Of a stretch of 64,000 bases of DNA, positions 30,001-39,309 are shown piece after piece. Positions within the stretch are counted from its first letter, which is position 1. Every line of letters begins with the position of its first letter. Origin of the DNA: a virus. The notes under the pieces were generated by a model that saw nothing but the letters and a program-made list of their open reading frames with translations, ran no database searches and was not told the DNA's origin. The translations under genes and the position numbers were made by a program. The stretch is taken from IMG/VR virus record IMGVR_UViG_3300034190_002630; one strand, 5' to 3'.

Positions 30001-30597
30001 GCATCAGACATAAATGAAACAAATGAACTTGCAGGTGCAAAGTCATTATTCTTGCCTATCACATTGACAAGTAATGCATCTGATAGATCACCAGTTATTG
30101 ATTTAGGTCGTGCATCATTTATTGCGATTGCAAATAGACTAAACAATATTGATAGTTCATCAGATGTATTCCCAACAACTGATTACAATGATTCAACACA
30201 ACCAGATGGTGATCAAAATGCATTTATTTACATGACTAAAAAAGTTGCGTTAGAAAATCCAGCGACAGCAATCAAAGTAATATTCTCAGCACAAAGAAGA
30301 AATAGTGCTGAACTCAAAGCATTGTTTAGAACTTTGAGATCAGACGATGCATCTGACTTTGATGAACTAAGTTATCAATTCTTCAATACTACAGGCACAA
30401 CTGATGTTGCCGTTAATGCATCTGTCGATGATGATGACTTCCAAGAATATGTTTTCACAGCAGGTATCACAGATGATGGCACAGGTGAACCATTACCTGA
30501 GTTTATTCAGTTTGCGATTAAGATAGTCGGACAAGGAACAAACGCAGCTCAACCACCAAGAATAAAAGATTTAAGAGTGATCGCATTGGCAACATAA
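24088..30597 (+). CDS. Large virion structural protein (VrlC-like/DUF4815)
   Basis: LNVAPYYDDF..K.F.RILF.PG.AVQARELTQLQSILQNQ, RRT.DESGDY.V, RFKSGF.VDNF, DP.AQTF, PRIKDLR.IALA. Confidence 0.88.
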   Translation: MVQKTDLNVAPYYDDFSEDKNFHRILFRPGFAVQARELTQLQSILQNQIERFGNHMFQEGTAVIPGNQNINPNYYSIRLASTFAGETIDVSKYYNASSPIEIQGATSGVRAKVIGFKAATATTQPLLYVHYVSSGSDLETTVFQDGENIFADAAITHTTAYSINANSATTFTPTDDTTASQIGTAVTAGGGVYYIRGTFVQMTEQTVVLSDNSQTATGRVGFTVSEELISPETDESLTDNATGASNFAAKGAHRLKISLNLTSIDLNSTADENFVEILRVNEGSNELEARPTEYSVIGDTLARRTFDESGDYTVRPFQIDAREGVTSTVKGEEFRGVYANLEDQTQDGNAASEDKFVVAVSPGKAYVRGYEIEKTAITFKDVNKARDFDTVNTGTLNTELGNFVKITNLYNQPQVSDISGETTPYKQIQLHDDVINTRGTARGRHIGVARARTIEFDSGTAGNTDAVYKLFLFDIRLFTYLTLSGEPSATLTSNHSNGGIQVKGVTSGATGFVFGSLTSGQTVVLTNVSGTFTSGEKITASDSSESDQIVEDSANADLTISEVVTHEISQARSLFQDDDDAGQDFTADLVLTGNVVGSLIADGTDAGGTNENANFVSEQDGTSTIALETRQVAALTNPEKNVALYKLSKSAVKTLLTTANEAASDTSFTIRKQFIGTTNSSGAVSFTAGANETFLSHTEKDFTLNVLTAGSGSSVQGDIVSVSGNIAGTGTSTITITDNSSFGNAAKVMLTATLLKTNITQRIKTTNLSKQVKVAGATAGAFGTKATDTTISLGRADVFNLGAVFDSEDTSSDASLPTLTLSSVVGTFIRGEKITGGTSGATAHVVNPTTPISYYLINGAGATDFSASETITGASSGATATVSSLTAGSKVITSNYTLDTGQRDNFYDIARIQLKPETAKPRGRLLVVFDFFEHSSGLFFSVDSYTDVAGRMGYDDIPTYTATRVDPDEPEPTGEFDLSDCLDFRPTAEDITGTSTTLASIDTITGHSFDFFHRQFDGVGGATVDTPKPGTLGTLDFEFYLNKIASLFLTQSGSFKIVEGSPAEVPTEPKDIDGAMKLATMFIPAFTFKPTDVRFERIKNQRFTMRDIGKLQKRIQNLEYYTNLSLLERDAESFEVLDANGLNRFKSGFIVDNFAGHRVGDVKNKDYKNAIDQENKELRPKCVLRAASLEENVSTDTERTTLGYQKTGDLITLPYTEVVQSENPYATTLEKVNPYLNANWVGNIDLSPASDEWFETETKPDLIINVDGNYDAVLAANENRLGTIWNSWETQWSGVVSTKTEKVKQGRSTITRSIETTRSDLSRTGIRTELVEQVEEETQGTRTLSKALIPWIRPRTITFTGTGFYPNTKVYPFFDGTDVAKFVTPSSTEFTNASTVVEGSQLVTNSTGNVNGTFRIPEYRFKGQENIPKFKTGEVEFRLTSSSTNDQITLPKTAASVTYQAKGILETEQETILATRNASVSQRFVTETTSILDTSTRTISVEDSGNDRDIERNRSNLNIGSTDPNRYRLSGNFGYSANTLGGFSTVGGNRQLARISCRYNDPIAQTFIVEESGGCFLTSVDLYFGAKDNDQPVWIELRNVINGYPGPKILPFGRKLLQAADINTSTDASTATTYTFDSPVFVKEGQEYCIVVRTHSNSPALWISQMGQTDVGGSRIVSKQPHLGVLFKSQNNSTWTAIQSEDMKFTVRKASFDTSKVGTLTLQNKVIGEAVSNELGTTVYGKRLKSNPIILTNSSTVLKVKHIDHGMYSTSNNVRITGVSSGISTTLNGAISASATSLTLTSNTNFPAGSITLKIGNEIITGSNSSGTVSSLTRATDGSTAVNHASGDTVELYQILGTPLTEINKVHTALANIGMDSYTVSLTTAPTISGGSTTSEVGGNNVYASENYRYESGKTLIGALELPNTKIVTSLRNTTGTSPSGSETSFTTTTLANAISIPLNENFDNSVTNIVASDINETNELAGAKSLFLPITLTSNASDRSPVIDLGRASFIAIANRLNNIDSSSDVFPTTDYNDSTQPDGDQNAFIYMTKKVALENPATAIKVIFSAQRRNSAELKALFRTLRSDDASDFDELSYQFFNTTGTTDVAVNASVDDDDFQEYVFTAGITDDGTGEPLPEFIQFAIKIVGQGTNAAQPPRIKDLRVIALAT

Positions 30598-30833
30598 TGA
30601 CAGAGAGATATTTAAAAGTTGAGGGATATACAGAGTTATTAAGAGATACAGACTCAGGTGCGATTATTAATAAAAATACTACTGCATATTTAAAAGCAAG
30701 AAGTAGATCATTTGAAGTGCAAAAAAGAAATGATGAACTTAGAAATGCAACAAGAGAGATTAATAATTTAAAGTGTGAGATGCATGAAATAAAAAATTTA
30801 TTAAAAGAATTGGTAAATAAAAATGGCGATTAG
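30597..30833 (+). CDS. Small coiled-coil protein
   Basis: KVEG...L.RD..SGAIIN; usual position after the VrlC-like gene. Confidence 0.75.
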   Translation: MTERYLKVEGYTELLRDTDSGAIINKNTTAYLKARSRSFEVQKRNDELRNATREINNLKCEMHEIKNLLKELVNKNGD

Positions 30834-31203
30834 TGCAGGGCAAATCTCTAACTTAGGAACTATAGAGCAGTTAAGAGGACAATTTAACAATCTTGTAACT
30901 GATGTATCTGCGTTAGAGAGTGGAACAATAAATTTTAGTAATTTATCTGCAACAACAATCAATGTTGGAGATTTGAATGTTAGTGGTGCTTTTGATATAC
31001 CTAATATTACAGCAACCTCACTTACGATTAGTGGTTCAAGTATTACTTTTGAAGGAGCCACTACCGATGCGTTTGAAACAACTTTTACTGTTACAGATCC
31101 AACAGCTGATCGAACAATAACATTTCCAAACACATCAGGCACAGTATTATTAGACGGAGGCACAATTGATTTAGGTTCTAGTGAAACACATGTAGGTGCG
31201 TAA
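30823..31203 (+). CDS. Short fibre-like protein, paralogue A
   Basis: T.EQ.R..FN N-terminus; FEG.T.D.FETT..VTDPTADRTITFP. Confidence 0.7.
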   Translation: MAISAGQISNLGTIEQLRGQFNNLVTDVSALESGTINFSNLSATTINVGDLNVSGAFDIPNITATSLTISGSSITFEGATTDAFETTFTVTDPTADRTITFPNTSGTVLLDGGTIDLGSSETHVGA

Positions 31204-31206
31204 TAA

Positions 31207-31743
31207 ATGGCGATTAACGCAAGTCAAATAAGTAATCTTGGAACGATAGAACAATTACGAGGTCAATTCAATAATCTTGTAACAGATGTCTCTGCTTTAG
31301 AATCAGGTAATATAAACTTCTCAGCAATTGCAGCCACAAGTGCATCAATAGGAACTTTAGATATTACAGGTACGTTTACAATTGCATCATTATCACCAAC
31401 ATCTATTGATATAAGAGGTAGTTCTATTACATTTGAAGGATCAGTAGATGATGAAAATGAAACGACTTTAACAGTTACAAATCCAACTGCTGATAGAACT
31501 ATAACTATACCTGATAATACAGGCACAATCGCACTAACCACAGATTTAGGATTTACAAATTCAACATTATTTGTTTTCCCTACAACATCAGGCGATGATA
31601 CTGATCTGGCAGGAGGTGAGACACCATTTGATGCAACTGCAACAGATGCTTTTGGAATAGCAACATCTTCAAACTTATATGATATGGCAGAACCAAAAGG
31701 TTCTACATCAACACAAGATATAGGTTCTGATAGTGGTATATAA
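31207..31743 (+). CDS. Short fibre-like protein, paralogue B
   Basis: N-terminus nearly identical to the 30823 ORF. Confidence 0.7.
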   Translation: MAINASQISNLGTIEQLRGQFNNLVTDVSALESGNINFSAIAATSASIGTLDITGTFTIASLSPTSIDIRGSSITFEGSVDDENETTLTVTNPTADRTITIPDNTGTIALTTDLGFTNSTLFVFPTTSGDDTDLAGGETPFDATATDAFGIATSSNLYDMAEPKGSTSTQDIGSDSGI

Positions 31744-31755
31744 GATGATAAATAG

Positions 31756-31775
31756 TATAAATAAAAGTATAAATA
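31756..31775 (+). promoter_or_regulatory. Tandem late promoters
   Basis: TATAAATA at 31756 and 31768. Confidence 0.7.
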
Positions 31776-31794
31776 TTCAATAGGAGAGAATAAA

Positions 31795-33405
31795 ATGCCA
31801 ACAGTTCTACAATTTAGAAGAGGTACAACTTCTCAGAACAACTCTTTCACTGGCGCTTTAGGAGAGTTATCTGTCGATACAGATTTGGATACACTACGTA
31901 TTCATGACGGTTCTACTGCTGGTGGATTCACTCTTGTTCAAGAAGATGCTACTCAAACACTCACAAACAAAACTTTAACAAGTCCTGTAATTAATACAGG
32001 TACATTCGGAACATCAATACTACCAGTTAGCGCCGACGGTACTACATTGGGTTCTGCTTCAAAAGAATTCTCAGATTTATTTCTGGCCGATGGTGGCACT
32101 ATTCAATTTGGTAATGATCAAGATGTAATAGTTACACACGACCCAGATGATGGTCTATTTTTTAAATCAGCCGCAACAGGTGATGATAATCCTTTTGTAT
32201 TAACACTACAAACAGGTGAAACAGACATTGCCGCTGATGATGTTATTGGTGCGATTAACTTCCAAGCACCAGATGAAGGAACAGGCACAGACGCAATCTT
32301 AGTTGCCGCAGGTATCGAAGCTGTATCTGAAGGTGATTTTAGTTCTTCATCTAATGCAACAAAATTAAGTTTTAAAACTGGTGCCTCTGAAGCAGCTGCT
32401 GAAAAGATGTCATTATCTTCAGCAGGTCTTTTGACAGTAACAGATGACATTGTAATTAAATCAGCTGGAACAATTGGTGGTGCAAACGATACTGACTTAT
32501 TAACACTTGGTAACGGTGCATTGACAGTGGCTGGAACTATTGCTGGAACAACTATTACTGCAAGTGGTAGATTAATTACAGATGACACTACTGAAGCAAC
32601 AAGCACAACTGATGGTTCACTTCAAACAGATGGTGGACTTTCTGTAGCAAAAGATGCTGTGATTGGTGATGACTTATTGTTATTATCTGATGCCGCAGTA
32701 ATTAAGTTTGGTGCAGACTCAGATGTCACATTGACTCACGTTGCTGATGCAGGTCTTACTCTTTCTGTACCTGCAACTGCTGACAATAGTTTTCCAAAGT
32801 TTAACTTATCAGCGGGTGATAACGATATCGCCGCAGATGATGTCTTAGGACAGATTGACTTCCAAGCACCTGCCGAGGGAGCTGGAACAGATGCGATATT
32901 AGTTGGAGCCACAATTAAGGCTGTGTCTGAAGGTAACTTTGCCGCAGATAACAACGCAACAACATTATTCTTTGAAACTGGTAAATCTGCAGCCGCAGGA
33001 ACTGATGGTGGTAGATTAACATTGACTTCAACAGGTAAGATGGTTCTTAAAGATCTAGCAACAGCAGACGGATCATCAGCCACAATTACTTTACAATCAG
33101 GTGATACTGATATTGCGGCTAACGATGTGCTAGGTGGAATATTATTCCAAGCACCTGATGAAGGAACAGGAACCGATGCTATATTAGTAGCAGGTGCTGT
33201 TGAGTGTGTTTCTGAGGGAGACTTCTCATCATCAAACAATGCAACTAAGATTTCATTTAGATGTGGTAACTCTGAAACTGCAACAGAAAAAGCAAAGATT
33301 GTTGGATCTACTGGTAAGTTCCACGCAACACCAGATTCAATTCTTTTAATTAAGAACTCAGCTGGTTCTACATTAAAAACTGTGAACGGACACGCTGCAA
33401 TTTAA
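31795..33405 (+). CDS. Tail fibre with Mtd-like N-terminal domain and three internal repeats
   Basis: LQFRRGTT....FTGA.GE..VDTD..TLRIHDGSTAGG; repeat DIAAxDVxGxIxFQAPxEGxGTDAILV occurs three times. Confidence 0.8.
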   Translation: MPTVLQFRRGTTSQNNSFTGALGELSVDTDLDTLRIHDGSTAGGFTLVQEDATQTLTNKTLTSPVINTGTFGTSILPVSADGTTLGSASKEFSDLFLADGGTIQFGNDQDVIVTHDPDDGLFFKSAATGDDNPFVLTLQTGETDIAADDVIGAINFQAPDEGTGTDAILVAAGIEAVSEGDFSSSSNATKLSFKTGASEAAAEKMSLSSAGLLTVTDDIVIKSAGTIGGANDTDLLTLGNGALTVAGTIAGTTITASGRLITDDTTEATSTTDGSLQTDGGLSVAKDAVIGDDLLLLSDAAVIKFGADSDVTLTHVADAGLTLSVPATADNSFPKFNLSAGDNDIAADDVLGQIDFQAPAEGAGTDAILVGATIKAVSEGNFAADNNATTLFFETGKSAAAGTDGGRLTLTSTGKMVLKDLATADGSSATITLQSGDTDIAANDVLGGILFQAPDEGTGTDAILVAGAVECVSEGDFSSSNNATKISFRCGNSETATEKAKIVGSTGKFHATPDSILLIKNSAGSTLKTVNGHAAI

Positions 33406-33447
33406 TAGTTGACAAAACGTTGAAAATAGTATAGATTAGGAGATATT

Positions 33448-34407
33448 ATGACAGCAAGAACACCTTTATATTACGATGGCACTAATTTAGTCGAGATGTC
33501 AGCAGCAGAAATTGTTGAATATCAAAGACAAGCAATTTTTCAATATGCCTCAAACCCATCAGTGACTTTGACAGTTGTTGCAAACAGTGGTGCTGGTTTT
33601 GATGCGATAGATGATACTAGATTCAAATCTAGTGCAGCCGTTCAACAAGCCTCTTCACACCCTGGTTCTGGTGCATTACAAACCACAACAACTTCATTTG
33701 ATAAATTAAATCAAGCAAAGGCATCTGTAAGTGTAACAGGCGATACAAATAATATTCATTTTCCTGTTTACTATGACGGTTCAGGTTCCATACAATCAAT
33801 GACAGAAGCAGATTTTGTTGACACGTTTATTAAACCTGCGATTGATCTAATGGTAGCAAGTAGTGAAGCAGTTGCTGGTGACTATGGTGGAACATTTACA
33901 ATTCATACTGGCACATCATTGACAAATCACACTTTGATTTCATCAACAGCAGTTTTTATTGATACTAGAGCAGATACTGCTTCATATGCAGCTGATCAAA
34001 TAGGAACTGCTGGATCATTTCAAACTCACAACGAAGTAATAAACAGTTTCTTCTTACATAGAAGAGATGCAGTTGATAACACACCTGCCAGAACTATGTT
34101 GTTTATTGAAAATGATAGTGGTGATCACAATTTAAAACAATATGCTGATGCTGATATTGAAAGTTTACTTGCAGAGTACATAAGAAATCTTGCAGTAAGT
34201 GATACAGTAGCTGCAGATCATCAAATTGATTATAATATTAACGGATCTGGTGATCCGAGAGGAACAGCGATGACTGATACTAAACTTGACGGATCAGGTT
34301 CAGAAACAAATAGATTTGTTAGCGCAGATGATTATAGATCACAGAAGTTCCCAAATGGTTCTGCTACAACAATAAGCACATTTACATTTAAAATTAATAA
34401 ATCATAA
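33448..34407 (+). CDS. Virion structural protein
   Basis: MT.RTPLY.DG..L.EM, DF.DTFI.PAI, RG..M.DT.L.G, DYR.Q.FP.G. Confidence 0.7.
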   Translation: MTARTPLYYDGTNLVEMSAAEIVEYQRQAIFQYASNPSVTLTVVANSGAGFDAIDDTRFKSSAAVQQASSHPGSGALQTTTTSFDKLNQAKASVSVTGDTNNIHFPVYYDGSGSIQSMTEADFVDTFIKPAIDLMVASSEAVAGDYGGTFTIHTGTSLTNHTLISSTAVFIDTRADTASYAADQIGTAGSFQTHNEVINSFFLHRRDAVDNTPARTMLFIENDSGDHNLKQYADADIESLLAEYIRNLAVSDTVAADHQIDYNINGSGDPRGTAMTDTKLDGSGSETNRFVSADDYRSQKFPNGSATTISTFTFKINKS

Positions 34408-34429
34408 TTTTTATTATTAGGAGTACATT

Positions 34430-35047
34430 ATGGAATTAAAAGATATACCATTGAAAGGATACAAACCTTTACCTGCTGTTGAAAGACAACCAACAAACGC
34501 TTTACAAGAAGATCATGATACATCTCTAAATTTGTGGAATAAAGATAATTTTATTCGTGCAGAATTTACCAATAGCGATAGAACTCATGTTAGAGTTTAT
34601 TACACAAATGATATGGGTAAAGAAGACGAGTTCAATTTTGTTTTTGATGAAACACACAAATATACAAAAAAACTTTTAGAACTAACTGATCTTGATACAA
34701 TGCATGAGTTGACATACAAAAGAATCAAACAAGAAGAAAAATATTTCAAAGAGTTTGCAGTGCGTGTAGGAAAAGAACAAGGTTTATTAATCGATCCGAT
34801 TGCATATTATGATAGTGAAACTCAATCATCTAAAGTTGATACAAAGTTTTACTCTTATGGTTTAAAATTATTTTTTGAAGATTTTGATTCTGATAAACAA
34901 AAAGAAGATTTGTTTATTGTAAAACTTGCAGCCTTTGAATTAGATTTAGTAAAAAATTCTGAAAACAGAGATTTAAAATCTAAGATTAGAAAAGCAAAAG
35001 ATCCGATTGAAATATTAAAGATATTATTAGAACTCAAAGAAAGTTAA
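34430..35047 (+). CDS. Hypothetical protein
   Basis: AGGAG RBS; LF..KL..FE...VK.S.N..LKS.IRKAK. Confidence 0.7.
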   Translation: MELKDIPLKGYKPLPAVERQPTNALQEDHDTSLNLWNKDNFIRAEFTNSDRTHVRVYYTNDMGKEDEFNFVFDETHKYTKKLLELTDLDTMHELTYKRIKQEEKYFKEFAVRVGKEQGLLIDPIAYYDSETQSSKVDTKFYSYGLKLFFEDFDSDKQKEDLFIVKLAAFELDLVKNSENRDLKSKIRKAKDPIEILKILLELKES

Positions 35048-35825
35048 AAACATTTTCAAAGTCTTTGTTGATCACATGAATTAATGAAGATGTTTTACAT
35101 ATTTTTAGATTTGTATCACTAAGAATTAGTTGATGCCAATGAGTTGGTAAATTTTCTAAAGGCACATTATATTTTTCAATCATGTATGTTAACATTGTTT
35201 CATTATTATAAAAATATCTATCATCAATCTGTTTCACTTCATCAACTACTTTTTTAACCTCATTTAATCTATCACTAAATCTAAGTTCATCTCTAACTTT
35301 TTTATTACCACCAAATGTGCCTGTGTTCATCATCCATTCATTTTTAGGTTGACATAGTTGTGAGTACATCATATCTTTATATTGTTTTGTTTTGATTACC
35401 CAATGATATTTGTCAAGTGTTTTAATAAATGAATCTTTATCTTCTAAATCAAATCTAGATTGAACAAATCTAGGAATAGGTGTTGGAGTCATATAAGTCA
35501 CTAAACTATTGAAGTTAAATTTTTTAAATATGTTTTTATTTGTGTTTGGTATAATATCAAAATCAAGATACATTACTTCATCATAATCATCAAGATATTT
35601 TTCCCACATCTTGATTTTTTCTATATTTAAGTCATCATAATTTTTAGTCGTAAAGGTTGTTAGATTAAAATCAGCATTACAATTTTCAGCATATTTTTTT
35701 AAACCCTCACGTAATTTAGAACTAAATTTTTTAAATTGATTTGCGTTATGTAATCTTTTTTCTGTGATATCAGAAACTTCAGTTCCAATACTAAAGATTA
35801 ATCTTTTTTTCAAATCGCCAGACAT
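35034..35825 (-). CDS. Glycosyltransferase-like protein (DxD)
   Basis: YDEVMYLDFDIIP, NTG, NNET, WH, HVINK; paralogue of the adjacent gene. Confidence 0.75.
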   Translation of the reverse strand: MSGDLKKRLIFSIGTEVSDITEKRLHNANQFKKFSSKLREGLKKYAENCNADFNLTTFTTKNYDDLNIEKIKMWEKYLDDYDEVMYLDFDIIPNTNKNIFKKFNFNSLVTYMTPTPIPRFVQSRFDLEDKDSFIKTLDKYHWVIKTKQYKDMMYSQLCQPKNEWMMNTGTFGGNKKVRDELRFSDRLNEVKKVVDEVKQIDDRYFYNNETMLTYMIEKYNVPLENLPTHWHQLILSDTNLKICKTSSLIHVINKDFENVFNFL

Positions 35826-36678
35826 AATCAAATTCCTTGTTGATAGCATGAACTATTTTAGTATCTTGTGGTATATATAATTCTGTATCATAAAAATAGT
35901 GCCACTGTTTGTTTAACCATTGTATTGAAACATCATTTTCTTTTATCTTATATGAAAATATTGTTTCGTTGTCATATCCAAAAGTATCTGTTATATTTCT
36001 TGGATACATTGATTCTTTTTCGTAAACATCACTTCTTAAATAATGCATGAGATCAAACAGATTAACAAGACCATTCCAATAGTCTAATTTTTTCCAATGA
36101 TATTTATTTGCACCAATGATACCTGTATTGATAACATCACACTGAGGTGAGTATCCATTTTCTTCTAACATGGCCATCGTGTTAAAGTACTTTGCAGATG
36201 GCGATCTTATAGTGCCCTTTACCATATCTAAAGGCATATGTGTTGGTCTAATATTATTATTGTTATTATAAACAGCAATACCTTTTGATAAATCCCATGC
36301 ATCAAAAAAATTATCTTTAGTTACAGGTATCGCATCAAAATCAAGATACAATACCTCATCATAATCATGTAGATAATTATTCATAAGTTCTAATTTGTAA
36401 AAGTTTACAATGTTATACATTGTAATAAACGGATAGTGTGTTTTGAAATATTTTACATAATGTTTGAAGTTCTCATCATTCTCATGTAAAAAATAATCAA
36501 CACCTATATTATCTGCATATTGTTTTTTATTATCAACTATCTTTTGATGATGTTCTTTAAATTGGTTTTTTGTATTGATATTAGTTGGTATTTGATCCTT
36601 TTTTATGATATTTTTGTCAAAAAAATCAAGATCATCCTCAGGTATATCAATGTATAAACTATAAATTACCCTTGACAT
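35791..36678 (-). CDS. Glycosyltransferase-like protein (DxD)
   Basis: YDEVLYLDFDAIP, INTGI, DNET.FS, WH, HAINK. Confidence 0.75.
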   Translation of the reverse strand: MSRVIYSLYIDIPEDDLDFFDKNIIKKDQIPTNINTKNQFKEHHQKIVDNKKQYADNIGVDYFLHENDENFKHYVKYFKTHYPFITMYNIVNFYKLELMNNYLHDYDEVLYLDFDAIPVTKDNFFDAWDLSKGIAVYNNNNNIRPTHMPLDMVKGTIRSPSAKYFNTMAMLEENGYSPQCDVINTGIIGANKYHWKKLDYWNGLVNLFDLMHYLRSDVYEKESMYPRNITDTFGYDNETIFSYKIKENDVSIQWLNKQWHYFYDTELYIPQDTKIVHAINKEFDYVWRFEKKINL

Positions 36679-36733
36679 TTGTTATCCATGTGTGATATAA
36701 ATATACTTATAACATATTGAGAGATTATTGTCA

Positions 36734-37528
36734 ATGAAAATATTAGTCACTGGTGACAAAGGATTTATTGGAAGTCATTTGTCTAAATCACTTATTAATG
36801 ATGGTCATGAAGTTATCGGTTGGGATAAAAAAGATGATAAAGATATACTTCATATAACATCTGATGATATTGGTTATGCAGAGAGGATAGTGCATCTTGC
36901 GGCAAAGGCAAATGTAAAACAAAGTTTAAAATATCCAACAAGTTATCATATAACAAATACTCTAGGAACTAGAGCAGTTTTTGAAGCAGCAGAGTATGTT
37001 GGTGTGCCCGTAATTTTCGCATCATCATCTACTGCAAAACAATGGTGGTTATCACCATACGGAACGACTAAAAAAATGACAGAGGTTATCTCAGATAACT
37101 ATTTACAAAATGTGGCATTGAGATTCTCAAATGTTTATGGTGATGGTCAAAGAGACACGATGTTGTTTCAAAGAATGATTGATAATAAATTAGAATATAT
37201 TAGTAACAATCATATCAGAGACTTTGTACATGTCGATGATGTCGTGGATGCAATAAAAATATTTTTATATGCAAAAGATTTTGAATTTGATAGAATATAT
37301 GACGTAGGATCAGGTGAAGGTCTTATTGTAAATAATTTAGTAGAATATTATGGATTTAATGTTGAAGAAAGAGTTGGTGAGTCTTGTGAAATGTTAGATA
37401 ATACGTCTGATATTACGAAATTGACTAGATTAGGGTGGTCACCAAAAAATGATATACATAAATACTTAAAAAGGAAATTAGATGGCAGAACCAAACTCAA
37501 AAACAACGCTCAAGGATTATTGTCTTAG
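36734..37528 (+). CDS. NAD-dependent epimerase/dehydratase
   Basis: ILVTGxxGFIG, HLAA, ASSS, YxxxK, LRF.NVYG, RDFVHV.D. Confidence 0.9.
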   Translation: MKILVTGDKGFIGSHLSKSLINDGHEVIGWDKKDDKDILHITSDDIGYAERIVHLAAKANVKQSLKYPTSYHITNTLGTRAVFEAAEYVGVPVIFASSSTAKQWWLSPYGTTKKMTEVISDNYLQNVALRFSNVYGDGQRDTMLFQRMIDNKLEYISNNHIRDFVHVDDVVDAIKIFLYAKDFEFDRIYDVGSGEGLIVNNLVEYYGFNVEERVGESCEMLDNTSDITKLTRLGWSPKNDIHKYLKRKLDGRTKLKNNAQGLLS

Positions 37529-38294
37529 GAATTTAGGATTTGGTGTCATTGATATTAACGTATCAGATGATCAGATTGATGACAGAATAGATGAAGCAGT
37601 TCAATATTTCGCACACTACTATTATGATAATATTGAAAAAATGTATCTTAAATATAAAATTACTACCGATGATATCACAAGGTTTAAAACAAACGCCACT
37701 ACAACAGCGACAGATAGATCAGATAGTTCACTAAGTTTTTCATTCTTAGAAGGTAAAAATTTTATATCGATGCCCTCAAGTGTTGTATCAGTATTAAGAA
37801 TATTCTCATTCGATAATGCAGCCACAAATAATATGTTTGATATTCGTTATCAACTAAGACTCAATGATCTATATGATTTTTCATCTACATCAATCATACA
37901 CTACGAAATGACAATGCAACATTTGGATTACTTATCACATTTGTTAGTTGGTGAAACACCAATAAGATTCTATGAACATCAAGGTAGATTATATCTTGAT
38001 ATGAATGTTGATGGTGATATAAATGCTGATGATTTTTTAATTATTGAGTGTTATAGAAAATTAGACCCAGAGACATATACAGACATTTATAATAACATGC
38101 ATTTAAAACGATATGCAACATCTTTGATCAAAAGACAATGGGGTGCAAATTTATCAAAGTTTCAAAACGTCACATTACTTGGTGGAGTGACAATGAATGG
38201 TGATCAAATATATTCACAAGCAGTAGAAGAAATAGAAAGATTAGAAACTTATATAGAAAATTTACAATACCCAGACATGATCATAAAGGGATAG
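37482..38294 (+). CDS. gp13: Neck protein
   Basis: L.DYCLR.LG..VI.INV...Q..DR.DEA; KRQWG.NL.KF. Confidence 0.93.
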   Translation: MAEPNSKTTLKDYCLRNLGFGVIDINVSDDQIDDRIDEAVQYFAHYYYDNIEKMYLKYKITTDDITRFKTNATTTATDRSDSSLSFSFLEGKNFISMPSSVVSVLRIFSFDNAATNNMFDIRYQLRLNDLYDFSSTSIIHYEMTMQHLDYLSHLLVGETPIRFYEHQGRLYLDMNVDGDINADDFLIIECYRKLDPETYTDIYNNMHLKRYATSLIKRQWGANLSKFQNVTLLGGVTMNGDQIYSQAVEEIERLETYIENLQYPDMIIKG

Positions 38295-38295
38295 T

Positions 38296-39309
38296 ATGGC
38301 TGTTAATCAAGCATTTACGACATCAGGTAAACTCGCAACAACTGCCGAACAAAATCTATATGCTGATTTAGTTAAAGAAGCGATACAGATTCATGGGCAT
38401 GATGTTAATTATGTTGATAGAACTCTAACAGCAAGAGATGATATTTTTGGTGAAGACTCACTATCTACATTTAGTAAACAACAAACAATAGAAATGTATG
38501 TTGAGGATGCAGATGGTGGATATCAAGGTGAAAAAGAACTCATACAACAATTTGGATTAGAGAATAGAAATGAAATTACTTTTGTTGTGAGTAGAACAAG
38601 ATTTGACGATGTTGCTCATCAAATGGATTTAGAAACTGCGACTGCATCTACTCAAGGTTCAATACTTTTAGAATCAGGTACGATCACATCTTCACTGACA
38701 AACAAAATTAGTGCATCATTTGGAACTGCGTATTTAAGAGGTGAAGCTGCATCCACAAGTTTATATGCAAATAGACCAAAAGAAGGTGATCTTATTTTTC
38801 ACCCTGTTTTAAATAAAATATTTGAAGTTGCATTTGTTGATGAGGATGAACCATTTCATCAACTTGACAATAACCCTGTATATAAGTTAAGATGTAAATC
38901 ATTTGAATATAGTTCTGAAGTGCTTGATACAGGTATTACAGCGATTGATGCTGTTGAGGATGCATTGACAGGTGATGCATTACAACATCAAGTAACACTT
39001 GAACAAACAAGTGCTTACACACAAAGTTTTGCTCTTGAGTTTTTTACACAAAAGAGTTATACAGACACTTTACTTGCAGAGACAGGCGATACTTTAGTTT
39101 CTGAATCAGATGATTCTTCTGCTGGTGAAAGCATACTTCTTGAAAACCCTGCTGATAGTGGTGTCGATAGTTATATCATTCAAGAAGACTATATAGTAGG
39201 AGATATGTCAACTGATACAACTGCTCAAAATGAATTGTTTGAGTCAGAGGACGAAGATATATTAGACTTCAGCGAATCTAATCCATTCGGTGATGCTGGG
39301 AGAACATAA
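38296..39309 (+). CDS. gp14: Neck protein
   Basis: EQ.L..DL..E.I.I.G, RP.EGDLI..P, F.YS.E..DTG, DFSE.NPFG. Confidence 0.93.
   Translation: MAVNQAFTTSGKLATTAEQNLYADLVKEAIQIHGHDVNYVDRTLTARDDIFGEDSLSTFSKQQTIEMYVEDADGGYQGEKELIQQFGLENRNEITFVVSRTRFDDVAHQMDLETATASTQGSILLESGTITSSLTNKISASFGTAYLRGEAASTSLYANRPKEGDLIFHPVLNKIFEVAFVDEDEPFHQLDNNPVYKLRCKSFEYSSEVLDTGITAIDAVEDALTGDALQHQVTLEQTSAYTQSFALEFFTQKSYTDTLLAETGDTLVSESDDSSAGESILLENPADSGVDSYIIQEDYIVGDMSTDTTAQNELFESEDEDILDFSESNPFGDAGRT

Noticed and set aside
31795-33405. Diversity-generating retroelement target (Mtd-like N-terminus plus repeats)
   Set aside because: The repeats differ at all base types, mostly synonymously, not only at adenines. No reverse transcriptase or template repeat is present in the window.
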